A stretch of DNA of 63,787 bases, filler included, from Chiloscyllium plagiosum (lineage: Eukaryota), in NCBI RefSeq assembly GCF_004010195.1. It is 3 parts of one record of this genome, joined end to end, with 100 filler letters (N's around TTAATTAATTAA, not from the genome) between each part and the next. Parts side by side here need not be neighbours in the genome. Positions count along the whole stretch, not along the records: positions 41,475 to 63,787 come from NC_057713.1; 2 more parts are not named here. One strand, given 5' to 3'. This document shows positions 63,541-63,787 of this stretch, piece after piece. Position numbers and translations under genes: made by a program. Every line of letters begins with the position of its first letter. The stretch's first letter is position 1. The notes under the pieces are model-generated. The model saw only the letters and a program-made list of their open reading frames with translations. It did no database searches and was not told where the DNA came from.

Positions 63541-63787
63541 CATTCCACACAACCACCACTCTCTGGGTGAAGAAGTTTTTCCTCATCTCTGTCCTAAATG
63601 GTCTACCCGGTATTTTTAAGCTGTGTCCTCTGGTTCGGCACTCACCCATCAGCGGAAACATGTTTCCTGCCACCACAGTGTCCAATCCTTGAATAATCTT
63701 ATATGTCTCAATCAGATCCCCTCTCAGTCTTCTAAACTCAAGGGTATACAAGCCCAGTCGCTCCAGTCTTTCAGTGTAAGGTAATCC
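63541..63787 (-). mobile_element. CR1 ORF2 C-terminal fragment running off the window end
   Basis: YTLEFRRLRGDLIETYKIIQGLD...RTRGHSLK...FFTQRVV. Confidence 0.92.

Noticed and set aside
204..63751. Most 60-220-aa ORFs in the supplied track as host genes
   Set aside because: They are frameshifted retroelement pieces, their antisense frames or random ORFs. Only ORFs overlapping VPS41 exons contain host coding sequence.

Overview
Vertebrate genomic DNA, almost certainly from a shark (inferred from HE1-type SINEs, a DeuSINE, and CR1, Rex1 and Penelope repeats). The + strand carries ten consecutive coding exons of VPS41 (35448-59900). All have AG/GT borders and splice into one open 972-nt frame (324 aa), matching human VPS41 aa ~151-474 as recalled from memory. 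The gene extends beyond the window. The first 35 kb contains no recognisable VPS41 exon and is probably one large intron. The rest is repeat-rich: CR1, L2, RTE and Rex1/Babar LINE fragments, SINEs, a solo LTR, a Tc1/pogo-like MITE and two 100-bp assembly gaps. The most notable signal is a dense set of Penelope-like retroelements (PLEs). Their terminal repeats carry minimal type-I hammerhead ribozyme motifs (about 18 copies, at least four families, with covarying stems). Several form 180-224-bp fold-back mini-elements with 13-16-bp target-site duplications (TSDs), and one PLE is inserted into another's ribozyme. Other candidates are a 21-nt GC-AG microexon and a pre-miRNA-like hairpin next to an exon. 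Everything was read by eye and no database searches were run; boundaries of old repeats are approximate.
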